64,000 bases of DNA from the NCBI RefSeq assembly GCF_006345805.1, contig NC_043009.1, positions 21,142,001-21,206,000 of the forward strand, read 5' to 3'. Position numbers and translations under genes: made by a program. Within the stretch, counting starts at the first letter, position 1, and each line of letters starts with the position of its first letter. Of this stretch, positions 26,201 through 40,681 are shown piece after piece. The notes below the pieces were generated by a model, which was not told where the DNA came from, made no database searches, and worked only from the letters and a program-made list of their open reading frames with translations. This DNA is from Octopus sinensis (Eukaryota).

Positions 26201-29200
26201 ACCTAGGAAGATCTGAGATGAGGTGGTGAAGCACAACCTTCGAACATTAGACCTCACCAAGACAATGACTAGTGACCAAGACTTATGGAAATATGCTGTG
26301 CTTGAGAAGACTCAGCAAGCCAAGTGAGACCATAACCCGTGGCCTATGCCAGGGGTGTAACCAGCCCACTTATGCATACCTTTCCTACATTGGACACTAA
26401 ACTCTGCTTGCGAAGACCTGTTGAGGCAACTGAAATCGAAATCAAATTCAATGACAACACCTCATGACTGGCATCCGTGCTAGTGGAGCGCTAAGAGCAG
26501 CATCTGAGCGTGATCACTGCCAGAGCAGCTGACTGGCTTCCATGACAGTGGCACGTAAAAAGCACCATTCAAACGTGATCGTTATCTGCGTTGCATTGCT
26601 GGCTCGTGAAAAACATTTAAGCAAAGTCATTGCCAGTGCCGCTGGACTGGCTCCTGTGCAGGTGGCACATAAAAAAACACCACTTGAGTATGGCCGTTGC
26701 CAGTACCACCTGACTGGCCCTCGTGCTGGTGGCATGTAAAAGCACCCACTACACTCTCGGAGTGGTTGGCATTAGGAAGGGCATCCAGTTGTAGAAACTT
26801 TGACAGAGAGTGCTAGTTTGATACAATTTAGGGGTTTGTTTGCATAGCAGCACCAATCATTCCAGATGTAGCAGAACTGTCTCAGGTGTGGACAGTTTAG
26901 TTAATTACTTTTAACAGTGTCAAAAAGATCAGAATTCTTCATCATGATGGCATAAACTTCTGAAAGAGTCTAAAAGTCTTCTTTCATTGCTCTAGGGATT
27001 AACTGAGTTACTTATGTAGATCAATATTTTTAGAAAATTCATAGATCAATTCCATGGATTCTTTATTTTTGTTCTATGCTTCCTCTTTGTAATAGTGGTT
27101 CTACCCATTGGTGAATTGCATTGATTAAAGAAGGTTTAGTAAAGCAGATTTGCTGTGGAAGATCTTTTCACATCAAGACTGCTTTTTGTTCAGCTGGGAT
27201 TTATCATGTTGAAGCATAAATATTCATAGACAAACAATGGTGTTTATTAAAACAATCTTCTATACTTTCTCTGTTCAGGAATTTAAAGATATTCTCTGTA
27301 TCTAAAATTTTCTTTGTTTTATAAACACAAATCTATTCCAAATATTTTCTTTAGTAAAACAAGCCAATGTTGACATAACAATGTACAATTGCCATCTCAA
27401 GGTTGGTTCCTAGAGTATTTTTGTGGAAATAATTTAGAAATCTCACATTTACCATCTTGATTTATTCTACAACTTCATTGCAACAAATTAATGCACTTCG
27501 TTGTAATCTCTATTTTCTCTTCAATTTCTATTTCACTATTTGGAGGATTAATTTTAGGATAATTCTTGAGAAATTTGTAGCTTCCAACATCTATTCTATT
27601 GAAATTATAACATCACAGTCTTTTGGTAAAGTGTTATTCTCATAAACATTCTCCCTTCAGTAGTAGTCGTTATTTTTAAAAAGAAACACTTATTTTCCCA
27701 GGAAGAGAATAAGGTTAGAGTAACTAAACTGTTTCTACAAATACCATTACAGTTTGTCTCTATTTTTAACAAAAATTGCCAAGTAATGGGCTTAATTAGA
27801 TTATTAAGTATTAGTAATTTAATAAAGTAGAGTGAAAGAGTAGAATTTGTGGGAAATGGTAGTATGATAGTGTGTAAGCAAAATGCTAAAAGTTTGCCAA
27901 GTGGAATTAATTATTTTACTGTGGGAAAAGAATTTGTTCCATTTAAAATAAAACTCACTTATAAGTATAGGCTTGTTCTAAATGATCTCTAACATAAAAT
28001 TCTTTTTTGTCTTTAAAATGAATCTTAAATATGAGTTTATAAACAATTATAATTAAACAAAATCAGAAGGACTAAATAATAAAAATGCAAATACAGTATT
28101 AACAAGTTAATTATGTAAAGATAGTTTTAATCAGTTATTTAAATAAATATTTCTTTCTTTATTGCCCACAAAGGGGCTAAACATAGAGGGGACAAACAAA
28201 GACAGACAAGGGGTTTAAGTCGATTACATTGACCCCAGTGTATAACTGGTACTTATTTAATCAACCCCAAAAGGATGAAAGGCAAAGTCGACCTTGGTGG
28301 AATTTGAACACAGAACGTAACGGCAGACGAAATACCACTAAGCATTTCACCTGGTGTGCTAACGATTCTGCCAGCTCACCGCCCTAAATATTGATACTTT
28401 AATTACAATAAAAAATAATATTGACAGGTTAATTACATAAATACTATATTGTTTAATTAAATACGATATAGACAAGCTAAACAAATAAATGCTGATGAGT
28501 TAAATAAATAGGAAGTTGTAAACTGGTTTTTTTTTTTTAAATTCAAGAATTTTATTTGGCATACATTAAGTAAATGCAATCAGCAAAATAATAATAAAAA
28601 ATATAAATATTTACCGCCACCAATTAACACCTCACAGAGATTTAATTTGCGATTATTTCCTGGTAAAACAATGAACAGTCTATTTCCATATTTACTCAGA
28701 GGGAAATTTATGTCTACAATTCCATTCGGGTTAATTGCATGTGAATTTTCATAGAGAAGTGTTCCATTCGAAATATTTTTCCTATCACTAGCATACACTT
28801 TAAAATTCTGGAATAATTCTGAAAAATAATTTTGAATAAATTGTATGACATAAAATATTTCTTTGAATTAGTTTTAACAAAGCATTTTAATAGCTTGAAC
28901 ATCCATTTGTAATTTTAGATTTAATACATTTTCAGTATAAAAAAGTAAATAATGAGAATATAATCCTGTTTATATGATAGGGGATGTGTAGAAGTATATT
29001 TTGTAAATAGCATATGTTAATGGTTGGGCTGAGGAAATGTAAGTGGCAAATATGTTGAAACTTTCAAAAGTATCTTGGTTAAATATGTTGTTGTTTAGCT
29101 ACAAATCACCCATGATCAAGAAGATTTGTAATCAAAAGCATTCCAGCCATGACCACCCTGCTTTAACCAACATTATCCAATTTGTTCTCCTGAAATAACC

Positions 29201-32200
29201 TTTTAAGCTGCAATAAATAGTAGTCAAACCTCTCTCAAATCACATCCCACTTCTTAAAAAGCAAAAAAGAAAACAACAGAGATGGTCATAGCTGGAGTGT
29301 CTTTGAGCAAAATTGACTTAGAGCTAAACAATAGCAACAACATTAACAGTCTTTCTGCTGCTTGGAGTTGTCCCTACCCTGTGGCTCTCATTAGCAGCTA
29401 GGTTGACTGGGCTAGGTGAGAGCAAAACACCTTGTTTGCAGAGAGTGAGAGAGAACATTGTGATGGAGGGGATAAGATTCAAACTTCTCTCTATCTCATT
29501 ACCTCAACCATTTAGGATGTCAAAATTAAGAATGTTATTATTTTAGATGATTGATGAAACTAAATATATAATTCTATAACATTATGAACAAGAAGACCTG
29601 TTATAAGGCAATGAAATTAAACTGGACAGTTGGTTTTTCTCAATTATACAATCTTTAAAGAAGTCTGTTACATCAATTAAAGTACTTAGTGGTTCATTCA
29701 TCCTGACTTTGAGAAGGACAGTATAAGCTATATTTTACTGAGAAGGTCAGAATAAGATAGAAGCATGCCTGGATTGTTCCTCCTCCTGGTCAAAATACAT
29801 TTAAATAAAAGGAGTCCTTGGTAGTGAAAAGGTTGGGAACTACAGTTCTATAATATTTTTTCTACTCTAGGCACAAGGCCTGAAATTTTTGTGCAGGGGC
29901 CAGTCAATTAGATCAACCCCAGTAAGCAACTGGTACCTAATTTATTGACCCCTGAAAGGATGAAAGGCAAAGTCAACTTTGGTGGAATTTGGACTCAGAA
30001 CATAAAGACAGACGAACTATTCTATAATATTAACTATGTTAGATTCCGGCATGCTTATCTGTCCATCTTTCTGCCGTTTTTGTCTATCTAGCTTTCTGCA
30101 TAATTATTTTTTGTTACATATTAAACATGTTAATATTTACTATCTATCTATCTGCATATTTATCTTAAATTAATCTGTCCATGTATCTCACAATATGATT
30201 ATGTGAACATTGTTTGAAAATAATTGTTCGAAAACAATTATTCGAAAAACATTTATTTGAATGGAAAATTGTATGAATGGAAATTATTCAAAAAGGACAA
30301 TTGTACGAAATGTTAGTTATTCTAAGTTTTTTATTTCATTTAAACAAAAATGATAAAATTAAAAATTAAGTACACAAGTGATATTTATTTCAAATAACTA
30401 TTTTTCAAATAATTGTTTTCAAACAATTATCTTTAAACAATTTTCATAACATGCACAATATAATAATAATTAACCATTAAATACGTTAACCCTAGTTTAT
30501 TGGACATTTATAAATTTCTTTATGCCTACAACAGCCTATGGACATCACTAAACTTAATTTAAAACATATTATATATCAAATTAGTTTGATATATAATCAT
30601 CATTATGCTTCATAAAACTTGGAAACAAAAAAATTCTGTCAAATGATAGTTTTAAATACGTTATAAAAGGATATGTAGTTCTAGAAATAGTGGAAAAAAC
30701 TGAATGATCCTGACATAAATATGTTTGATAATAAATCTACTCAATCAAGAGAAATAACAATCTACCAAAGCTGAATGAATTTGCCTTTTGTACTGTTGTT
30801 GTTGCTGCTGTTTAGGCCTTGATAAGACTGAGCATACGGAAAAGTATTCAAACCATGATCATTCAGTTATTTTTATCAGGCAGAAGACATTTCCAATGTA
30901 TGATTCATTTTATAAGATAACAGTGTGTGATTCGAAGAAAATTTAGTTTTCTTTCTTATAAGTATTTTTTTCCCTTCATTAACTGTTTTCTTGTTTATTA
31001 TGACTCTGATCCTTAATTCTTCAACCCAGTAAATTTATAAGGATTCAACTAAAGTCTCTCTAAAGTAATGCAACTTCAACATAGAACAACTTCCTACACA
31101 CTTTATGACAGGAGACAAATAAAAAGCCACTATGTGTTCACTCAATATGCCAAAAGTAGGAGCTGACTTCCCCTCAGGTCACATTCTACTGTCTTAAAAA
31201 AGAGAAGCACATGCTGATAAATGTACTTCTGCAAAACCTGTCCAGGCTGGAATGCCTTTAATCATAGCTTTGAATACTCAAGACTAATGAACAACCTCAA
31301 GTATTTGACAGAAAAGTACAAATTTAAAGAATCTAATGATTGAGTTTCCAGAAAAATCAGTTGAATCAAGTTTATAAATTAGAATAATTTTGTGTTGCAA
31401 TGAAAAAAAATTAGAGAGCCTTCCTACAGGACACTGGAGAATTATCTTCTTGCTAACACTACACAGGCACTCTCCTTCTACAACAACTGCATTGCTACAT
31501 GGTCACTTGACTCACTAGGAATAACAACCAGATCTTATAGACCCTAACATCTTAAAAAATACCAAACCCCACCCTCCAAAAAAACAAGGGAAGTTGTGAA
31601 TCCAGGACAGTCTAATCTAATATAAATTCAGTATTTAATATAAACAAAGATGGTGTGATATTAGTTTGAAAGTCTTTGACCGTGCAGCTGCTCAATCAGA
31701 ATTGTCTTAAGTTATACAACAGCATCACTGCAAGCTAATGAAATACTTATAATGTTATTGTTTACAGTGAAATCATTATTTACAATGATTAAAGTGGCAG
31801 AATCATAAGTGCTTTGTACAAAATGCTTAGTGGCATTTCTTCTGGCTGTTTATATTCTGAGTTCAAATTCTACTGAGAGCAACTTTACTTTTCTTTGAGT
31901 TGATAAAATAAAGCACCAGTCGAGTATTAAGGGTTTCCCTCAAAATTGCTGACACTGAGCCGAAATTAGAAAGAATTATTTACAATGAGGATATTTAAAT
32001 TGTGGTCATTGGCTTATGTTCTGAGATCACAATCCACCAGCTTTGTCAACTTTGTCAGTCATCCTTCCAGGGTTAATAAAATATAGAACATATAGAGCAC
32101 TGAGGTTGATGTCATCGACTTGTATCCTTCTTCAAATTTTCAGGCCTTGTGCTCATTGTAAAAAGGATATAAATTGTAGTCCTTTTTGACAAAGCCATTG

Positions 32201-35200
32201 TTTACAGTATTGTTAATGTTTACAATGATGTCATTGCTAACAATGTTAGTGTGTTCCCTCTCTATGGAACCTATTTTACAACCAGTTGAACTGAGCCGTT
32301 TGGAAGTCAAATGTCTTGAATATTAACACTGTATAGTGACAACAACAAGAACTACTGTATTCACTGTTACCTCTCTCCTGTTTGTAGTGTAATGAACAAT
32401 AGCAAATTTACAAAAGAGATTCATTGATAAAAACAATACTAAATTAATGAATGAAGTGAAAACTAACAGGATGATTTGTTATTAATAAATTAAACTTACT
32501 TATTTCTGATTGGAGTGTATAAATCACAAGTCTTTTTATTTTCACCTTGCCAACCCACATGGATACTGTTGAATCTTTCGTGTGCTGGGTATGATAACAA
32601 TGTGTAGCTTTTGTATTCTGTATGTTTCCATCAAATACAACCGATAATTTCTTGTCATTTTTCTGGTTATATTTTGGCACAATTTTTCCTAGTAACAAAG
32701 AAGAAAAATATATCAGCACATTAGTTCAGATTATAATTTAAGAAACTATAATTAAGGCATTAAAATTAAAATTAATGAACTTCATGCAAAATTAGATTCT
32801 CTCTATATTATATCACGCAGAAAAAAAAAAGGTTACCTACATTTGTCTGATGTGACAGAATTAAATTAACTTTGTTTGAGCCACCAATAGAGAGAAAAGT
32901 GATATTCAATCACTGATTTTGGAATATGGTCCATATTATAAAATGCTGGTTAATGGGTTCAACTTGAAAACCATGAAGCTTAGTCAAAAGAACTCTCAAG
33001 AGGTGTCTTTGTAAAGGCTGGCCTTCTACTGCACTAGTAGATACCTTGTTGGGTAATGATACAAAAATAGAGATTTTATATTGTTTGGCAGCCAGATGAG
33101 CAATTCAAAGAGCTAATCTGCTGCTGTTCATGATTATAGAAGTTTGAAAAAGGGACAGGGGTGTTAGTGAATAATGGGATAGAAACTGAAGTGCAATGTG
33201 ACAGAGGGAGAAAGGCAAAGTGGGCAGTGAAACTGCATGTGGGACAATATGATTGTAGGACACTCCGGTAGTAAACATGTTAAAGTAGAAAGAGTTATAG
33301 TGTTTAAAAGTTACGAGGTGAGAAAAATGAAAGTAGTAAGAATATAAAAGAGAGAAGAAAGTGAAATTCGAGCTGAACAAGATTTAGAATATGACTTTGA
33401 AACTCCCAGAAATCTGAAGACAACCAATATAACAAATAAAGCTATGTGGACGCAGTTGCCATTGCTGCTACCAACCACCACCACCACCACTTTTGCCACT
33501 GATAGCCACCGGTACTATCACTTCCACCATTCTCTTTCACACATCTCATTTTCTCAATCACCAACAATATATTCCAGGATGTTTAATAAAACATCATTTT
33601 TTAAAAGTTTGCAAAACCTCAACAAATCCATCCTTCACATTTTACAATTCTTTAATAAATAGAGTCTAACTTTGTCTAAAGAGAATCTATCTTGTGGTAA
33701 GGTAAAGAAATGTCCACCATGGGAGTACTTGCTTTTCACATATTCACAGAATGTTCATAACAATACTTTAGTAATGGCATATTTGTATGAACATGTAAGA
33801 AATTATATTTTCCTGTTATTACTTATGGACGTCATTTTCTTTGAGACTCAGATTTTGCCAATCAAATTCGTTTTTTTTTTCGGATGCACGGTTCCAGAGC
33901 CTTCCTGAGCTAAACACACAGGCATAACCACTTGCACTCACCTTATCACAGTATCATAATTAGTTAAGTATTATGGAGAGTATTGTAGTTAGTATCGTTT
34001 TACCAAGTAAACGATTAGTTTTTAGCTTTGTTTGCATTTCGCAACTGCAATTATTTAGCTCATCAGTGAAGTTCATTGAACACCAGGAAATATAGGAATA
34101 ATTTTGGGATATCATTTTATATTTTTTATTGTTTCTTCCAATTCCATTGAAAATTCTGTAATCCAAGTGTATAACTGTAGGAGTTGCCTCCCTTCAACTA
34201 ATCCTTTTTTTTTTTTTGAAGTCATTACAACTTCACCAGACCGGATAATCAATCCATAAAACATCTTGTTCCCTAATACTTGAACGTAGAGGTGACATAA
34301 TATACAGTATTACTTATATTAAGGATTGATCAAATTAGTACAAAATCAAGATAGCATTTGTCGATTGAAACATCCCTGAAACATGTCTGGGATCCAGATT
34401 ATGGAAACCAAAGGAAATGATGACACAATTCGAATTACTATCAAAAGAAGTTTTGCTTCAGTTGTAAAATTCTCTGAGAATGCACCAATTTTAATTAAAG
34501 AACTTCACCCGTTAACAAAAAACAAAAAAACCCAGCCTGCTGGGTGTTAACAACTGTATAGAAAATGAATATGGGGGAGAGGAAAATTGCATTTTCAAAA
34601 CTTCAATTCCTCCTCCCCACCTTCATTTTTCACTTTTTCCGGATTTTTTTTTTTTTTTTTGCGAAATACGAAGATTAGCATTCAGGAAAAAATTTGCTTG
34701 TAAAATTTCAATTTATATATACCCCCAACCCCTTCCCCTCCCAATTCTACGGCCTCGGCCTTCAAGCAAGGCTATCCACATTCTAGAAATAACAGCCAAA
34801 TCTCACAAAACTGCGATCCCATAACACCTATTAGACTTTTTTCTTTTTTTTTTTCGTTTTAGTGACCGGGCCCTGTCGTGATCCTTTTACTGTTTCACTA
34901 TAACGTATGCAGAAACAGACAAAACAACCGTTCATTTCCACTTTTAGACAGCGGGATAGCAGGGGAGGGGGGAATTTTGGGTCGGAGTTTTTCATAAAAA
35001 ATTTGAAATTAAAATTTGAATTTGTGTTTATTTTTTTCCTTTTATTCATAATTTCCGTATTTTCCCACGTAGATTGCTTGAAAAGAACAACTCGAAAAAA
35101 GCTTTAAAAAAACCACTTTAATTTCACGTGAATTACTTTGTCATATTACTACGGGAAATTACTCTGAAAAAAGTAATTAGCCGCAGTAATTTTTTTCATT

Positions 35201-37228
35201 ATGTTATCACAGTTTTGTGAGATTTGGCTGTTATTTCTAGCATGTGGATAGTCTGCTTGAAGGCCAAGGCTGGAGATTTGAAATTTTGAAAATGCGATTT
35301 TTGAAAATTTTTTTCAGAATCGGATCCTCCATAAACAAAAACGTGGGATTCCGTAACAAAAAAAAAATCAATATATTTCCATTTTCCTGAAAGTTATGAC
35401 GGAAAAATTGGATCTTGTGAATTTTCCAAAAGTCCTCTTCCTAGGTTCGTTTGCGCAAATCTTTTTTTTTTGTCATATTCGTTTTCTACACAGTTGTTAA
35501 CACACAGCAGGCTGTTTTGTTTTGTTTCGTTTTTTTTTGGCTCGCGGCTGAAGATCTTTATATTCACCTTTTTAATCGTATTGAAATAAAGTTACTGAGC
35601 TTATTTCGGGTAGAACATAAATATCCAATTCATCTCTGTGGTTCTGTTTGTTTTGTTGCTTATTACCCTCCGCCAAGGAAGGAGGTTATGTTTTCGTCGG
35701 CGTTGGTTTGTCCGTCTGTCCGTTTGTGTGCAAAATAACTCAAAAAGTTGTGAACGCTATTTGATGAAACTTGCTGGAAAAGTTGGTAATGACACAAGGA
35801 ACAGATGATTCTTGAAGGATTTTTCATTTGTTATATTTACTTTACAGGAAGTATTAGTTACGTTCTTTGATTATCTCCCTTGAAAACACGTTTATCGTTT
35901 CCACGTAACCTATGGTGGCGTTGCTGTTTCCAAAGATTATTTTCGTTTCTCTATTAGTAATTTTACTCGTGTATCTATCTTAAAATGAGCTGCTTCGCGG
36001 AGGTCTGCAGAGGATGACATGACAAACCTTGACTATTGGGATAGACTCGAAAAGCCCAGGCATTCAAATGATCCTTAGAGGATTACCCCCAACAAATACC
36101 AGATAAACCACCCACACCCAGATATGTCTCTGAAAACAATAACCCTCTGCTTGAATGGGCTACGGTTCCACAGAGCTGACTGTGTATCTCTTCCGGGCTG
36201 TGTTATTTTTTTAAAACCCCGCCAAGGAGGTTATGTTTTTGCTGGCGTTGGTTTGGGAAATTGGGCGATTTTCAGCATGCATGTATATGGGTAGAAATTA
36301 GCTGCTTGGTGGAGGTCTGCGGCCTTCGGGTGCTTTTCTTGTTTTTCAGTATTATAATGTATCTACTCTCAATGCATTTTAGCAGATTCGAGTGTGAATA
36401 TCTGATTGCTTTTGGTTTTTGTCACCAGAGAACACTTTTTAGATGGCTGTGGTCTCAAATAGTGAAACCACCAAATAACGACTCCATTCAGAAAGCTGGA
36501 ATAGAAGATGTCATTCAAAGAAAGAACACTGTACAATGAATATCCACAGAACCAAGCTGTAGCTTTCAAATGCCTTTTACTCCGGGTCACAAATATATAC
36601 AAGTTGAATAAATCACAAAAGGTATTTACAAGTGAAAGGCCATGTTCAGCTTCTGTGCATCCTATGACATAGTTGCTCAATGTCTATGCAAGCGCTAAGG
36701 AGGTCATGTCCTTGCACACTGCTGCTGCGATGACAAAGAGGAAGGACCAAATGCCAGAACATCAGAGTTACATGCTGTGCCACCTAGTGGCGAGCTATTT
36801 AGACAGCTACCATCAGGAGAGGTAACTGCACCTACAGCCCTCTTCCCTAGACTGCAAATGTCGAACAAAAGGAAGGTAGACAAAATGTGAGTGTGCGACA
36901 GAAAGGCACAGAAGAATGAAACATGCAAACCAGTTGTATGAACAATGCAAGAGTGCAAACTTGGAGGAAACACAGAGAAAATGTCTGTCCTTGCAGAGAA
37001 CGAAATGTGTGATGTACAGAATCCGAATTATGGCAGAATAATTGAAAAATACTATGCAAATATATACAAAGAAAGGTGTCCAATCAAACAGAATAAAGTA
37101 TGATACAAAAATCTTGTTGAAAGATATGTTTATGCTGTGTGTATATATATATATAGTATATATATATACTAAATATATGCTGTGTGTATATATATAGTAT
37201 ATATATATACTAATATATGCTGTGTGTG

Positions 37229-37260
<32 letters not shown>

Positions 37261-37291
37261 ATAATATAGTATATATATACTAAATATATGC

Positions 37292-37337
<46 letters not shown>

Positions 37338-40300
37338 ATATACTAGCAGTATCGTCCGGCGTTGCTCGGGTTTGTAAGCATTTTTAGAGTTATAGCAAAA
37401 CAATGCATTAAAAATGGAATAAAAAATGATGGTAATTTTTTAAAAATCGTTGACTCATCGTAGACATTTTTAGAGAGTTACTTTCCTTATATAATAGCGA
37501 AAAAATGCATTAAAATGGAAAAAATGATGGTAAATTTTTTTTAAAATCGTAGACTCATCGTAGACGCGCGCTAATACCCAGAAGGGCTCGATATGAATCA
37601 CGACTATAAGATACTATTGGTTAAACTGCCCCGCAAAATGTGGGAGTAGTTAGGAATCTAAATCGTAGGAGACAGACACACAACTTCACTTTTATATATA
37701 AAGATTTGTGCAACAACTAAAACATTCGGTTGTGCAAATTGTTTGCACAGGAAACCTGCCCTGTGTGGCGGTTTTTGCCGTTTTTGTGGATCTGTTTCAG
37801 CTTTTTTAGCGATTTCTGTTTTGGCGACTTCAAGCCATGAAGTTGTTGTTCTAAAAGAACGCTGGTCTCCTTGACAAAGCTTTACGACGTTGATTTCCCT
37901 ACCCTGCCTTCCCCACAGCTTCACGAGGGAGGGAAGAAGGGGGAGAAGCAACACAGGTGCAGGTGTGAGCATGGACGCCAACTCCGCCGCCATCGACACA
38001 CGAAAGAATTGGAAGAACCCCAAAAAATATGCTTTAAAATGGAAAAAAATTATGGTAAATTATTTTTAAAATCGTAGACTCATCGTAGACGCGCGCTAAT
38101 ACCCAGACGGGCTCGATATGAATCACGACTATAATATACCCGAATTTGGTAAAACTGCACCACAAAATGTGGGAGTAGTTAGGAATCTAAATCGTAGGAG
38201 ACAGACGCTCACACAACTTCACTTCTATATATATAGATATATATATAGTATTTCTTTGTAAGTAAATATGTGAAATGATACAGAAAGAGAAGAAATATGA
38301 GTGCGGTGTCTAAAACAAACATAAGTCTATTTTCCGCAACAGTCACTGGCAAGTCAAAGTTAAGGAATGTTCTTCGACCAATGAACTGATCTGCCAGAAT
38401 GTGTCCTGTAGGGTGAAGAATGTGTTGGTGTTTTGGTGAGTCGAAGTGATGCTTGTGGTGGTGGAAGCAGTAGTGTTTGTAGAATGATGGAGGTGTCAGT
38501 AAGTGCCATAAATGTTTTGGAAACAGCTTTTTTATCTGTTGAAAGAGACAGTCTCTTTTTTTTTTTTTTGTGAATGTGCACAGTAAACGGTTTCAGTGTG
38601 CTCCTAAGAACATAATAGTATGGAGATGTGAGTGGTCCCTTGACGGCATCATTTCTTACAAGCACGTGAGTCCAAGTAGAAATATCCGGAGGTACTGCAA
38701 AAGAAACAGACTGGTCGTGAGGAAGCATTGGTGGTAGGTCAGCAAAGAATGACCTGAATCGTGTAATGTAAGATGCAAGATCCGCATTCAGTAAGTCGAC
38801 AGGTGCCAACATTTGGCCAGGAAGTACCAAAATGGTGCCATACAAGAGTTCAGTGGAGGAGTAGTCTAAATCCTCCTTAATAGCTGAGTGGCACCCCAGC
38901 AGAACAACAATGAGAATCTGGAGCAGTATGGATAGTAGCGTTAAGCTGGCGATGGAATCGTTCCACCATCCCAGTTGCAGTGGGATGGTAACTTGTGGTG
39001 TGGATGTGCTGAACTCTGAGTAATCTTGAAAGCTCATGAAACAGACAAGCTTCAAATTGGTGTCCACGGTCGGTGGTAATTCTGGAGGGTACTCTGAAGC
39101 AAACTATCTACTCAGAGATGAGAGCTCTGGTGACCGATGCCACAGAGTGTTGGTGACAACCAGATTATTCTCAGTACAAAATGCTAAAAGATCTACTCCA
39201 TTTTTATTGCATTTTCCAATAGGATTTGACCTGCATGAGGCCTCCGTAGTTGGAAAGCTCTGACTTCTCTCCCTTGTTCTTATACAGAGACACTATTTTA
39301 TATATTACTAGCAGTATCACCCGGCGTTGCTCGGGTTTGTAAGGGAAATAACTATATAAGCATTTTTAGAGATGTAAAGTATAATAGCCATCTCAATATG
39401 GCTAACCACAAAGGGGGGGGGGTGTTACTGTAGCTTTTTACGTTCTGAGATTTGATAATAAATTTTTAGAGAGTTACTTCCCTTATATATGCCAAAAATG
39501 CATTAAGAATGGTAAAAATTGATGGTAAATTTTTTTTTAAATCGTAGACTCATCGTAGACGCGTGCTAATACCCAGAAGGGCTCGATATGAATCACGACT
39601 ATAAGATACGACTATAAGTTTTGGTTAAACTGCACCGCAAAATGTGGGAGTAGTTAGGAATCTAAATCGTAGGAGACAGACAGCACACAACCTCTCTTTT
39701 ATATATAAAGATATATATCATCATCATCATCATCATTTAATGTCTGTTTTCCATACTGGCATGGGTTGGACGGTTTGACTGGAGCTGACCAGATGAAGGG
39801 CTGATCAGGCTCTGTCTGTTTTGGGATGGTTCCTATGGCTGGATGCCCTTCCTAACACCAACCACCCCTCAGAGTGGCACTGAGTGCTTTTACGCAGCAC
39901 TGGCACACGTGTTTTTTATGTGGCACCAGCACTTACAAGCCTGCAAGATTAGGAATGTTCAGCTGGAGAGGGTTGCAAGGGATGAGCCTGTATGCAAGGG
40001 GCACCACGCTTTGACTTAGCTTGATGCCAGGAGTCTTGGTCCCCAGTCATCACCTCTGTGAATCCCAACATTTGTAGATCCTTTCTCACCACTTTGTCCT
40101 ACGTCTTCTTATATATGTATATATATACATATATATGTGTACGTATATGTCAGGTTGCTCTTGAGTGCTACTGGTAACATAATCCAGTTCAACCTATTGC
40201 ATGGTTTGCTTGTCAGCGACTACACTGGCAACCCCACCAGGCTTACTTGATGAGGAGGGTGCTGTTGGACACCCTGCAGGATGAAAAATAAGACCCATCA

Positions 40301-40410
40301 AAGGGCAGATGAACTCCTGAACAGTCAACAGCCATCCAACAAAATGTCTGTAAATCTGTATATATGTTTTTTCTTTTTTGTTGTTGTATGTGTTTATATG
40401 TATATTTTTA

Positions 40411-40449
<39 letters not shown>

Positions 40450-40650
40450 CGGGAAGTTTTATGAAAATAAACAAAAGACGAAGGCAGGTGGAATACAAAC
40501 AAACAATTGTATTAGTATGGCGCTCAGGGATAGAAATAAAACAAGTCTTTTACGTTTCGAGCCTACGCTCTTCAACAGAAAGATACACAGAAAAGAAACA
40601 AGGAGAGAGAAAAAAATGTGTGCAGAAGCTAGCGAATCAACATGGCGATC

Positions 40651-40681
<31 letters not shown>

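Noticed and set aside
33930-34190. Strong minus-strand donor (AAG|GTGAGT) and ORF 33960-34166 as an extra exon
   Set aside because: No acceptor gives an open phase 1-1 exon, and exons 46824 and 32688 already join in frame.
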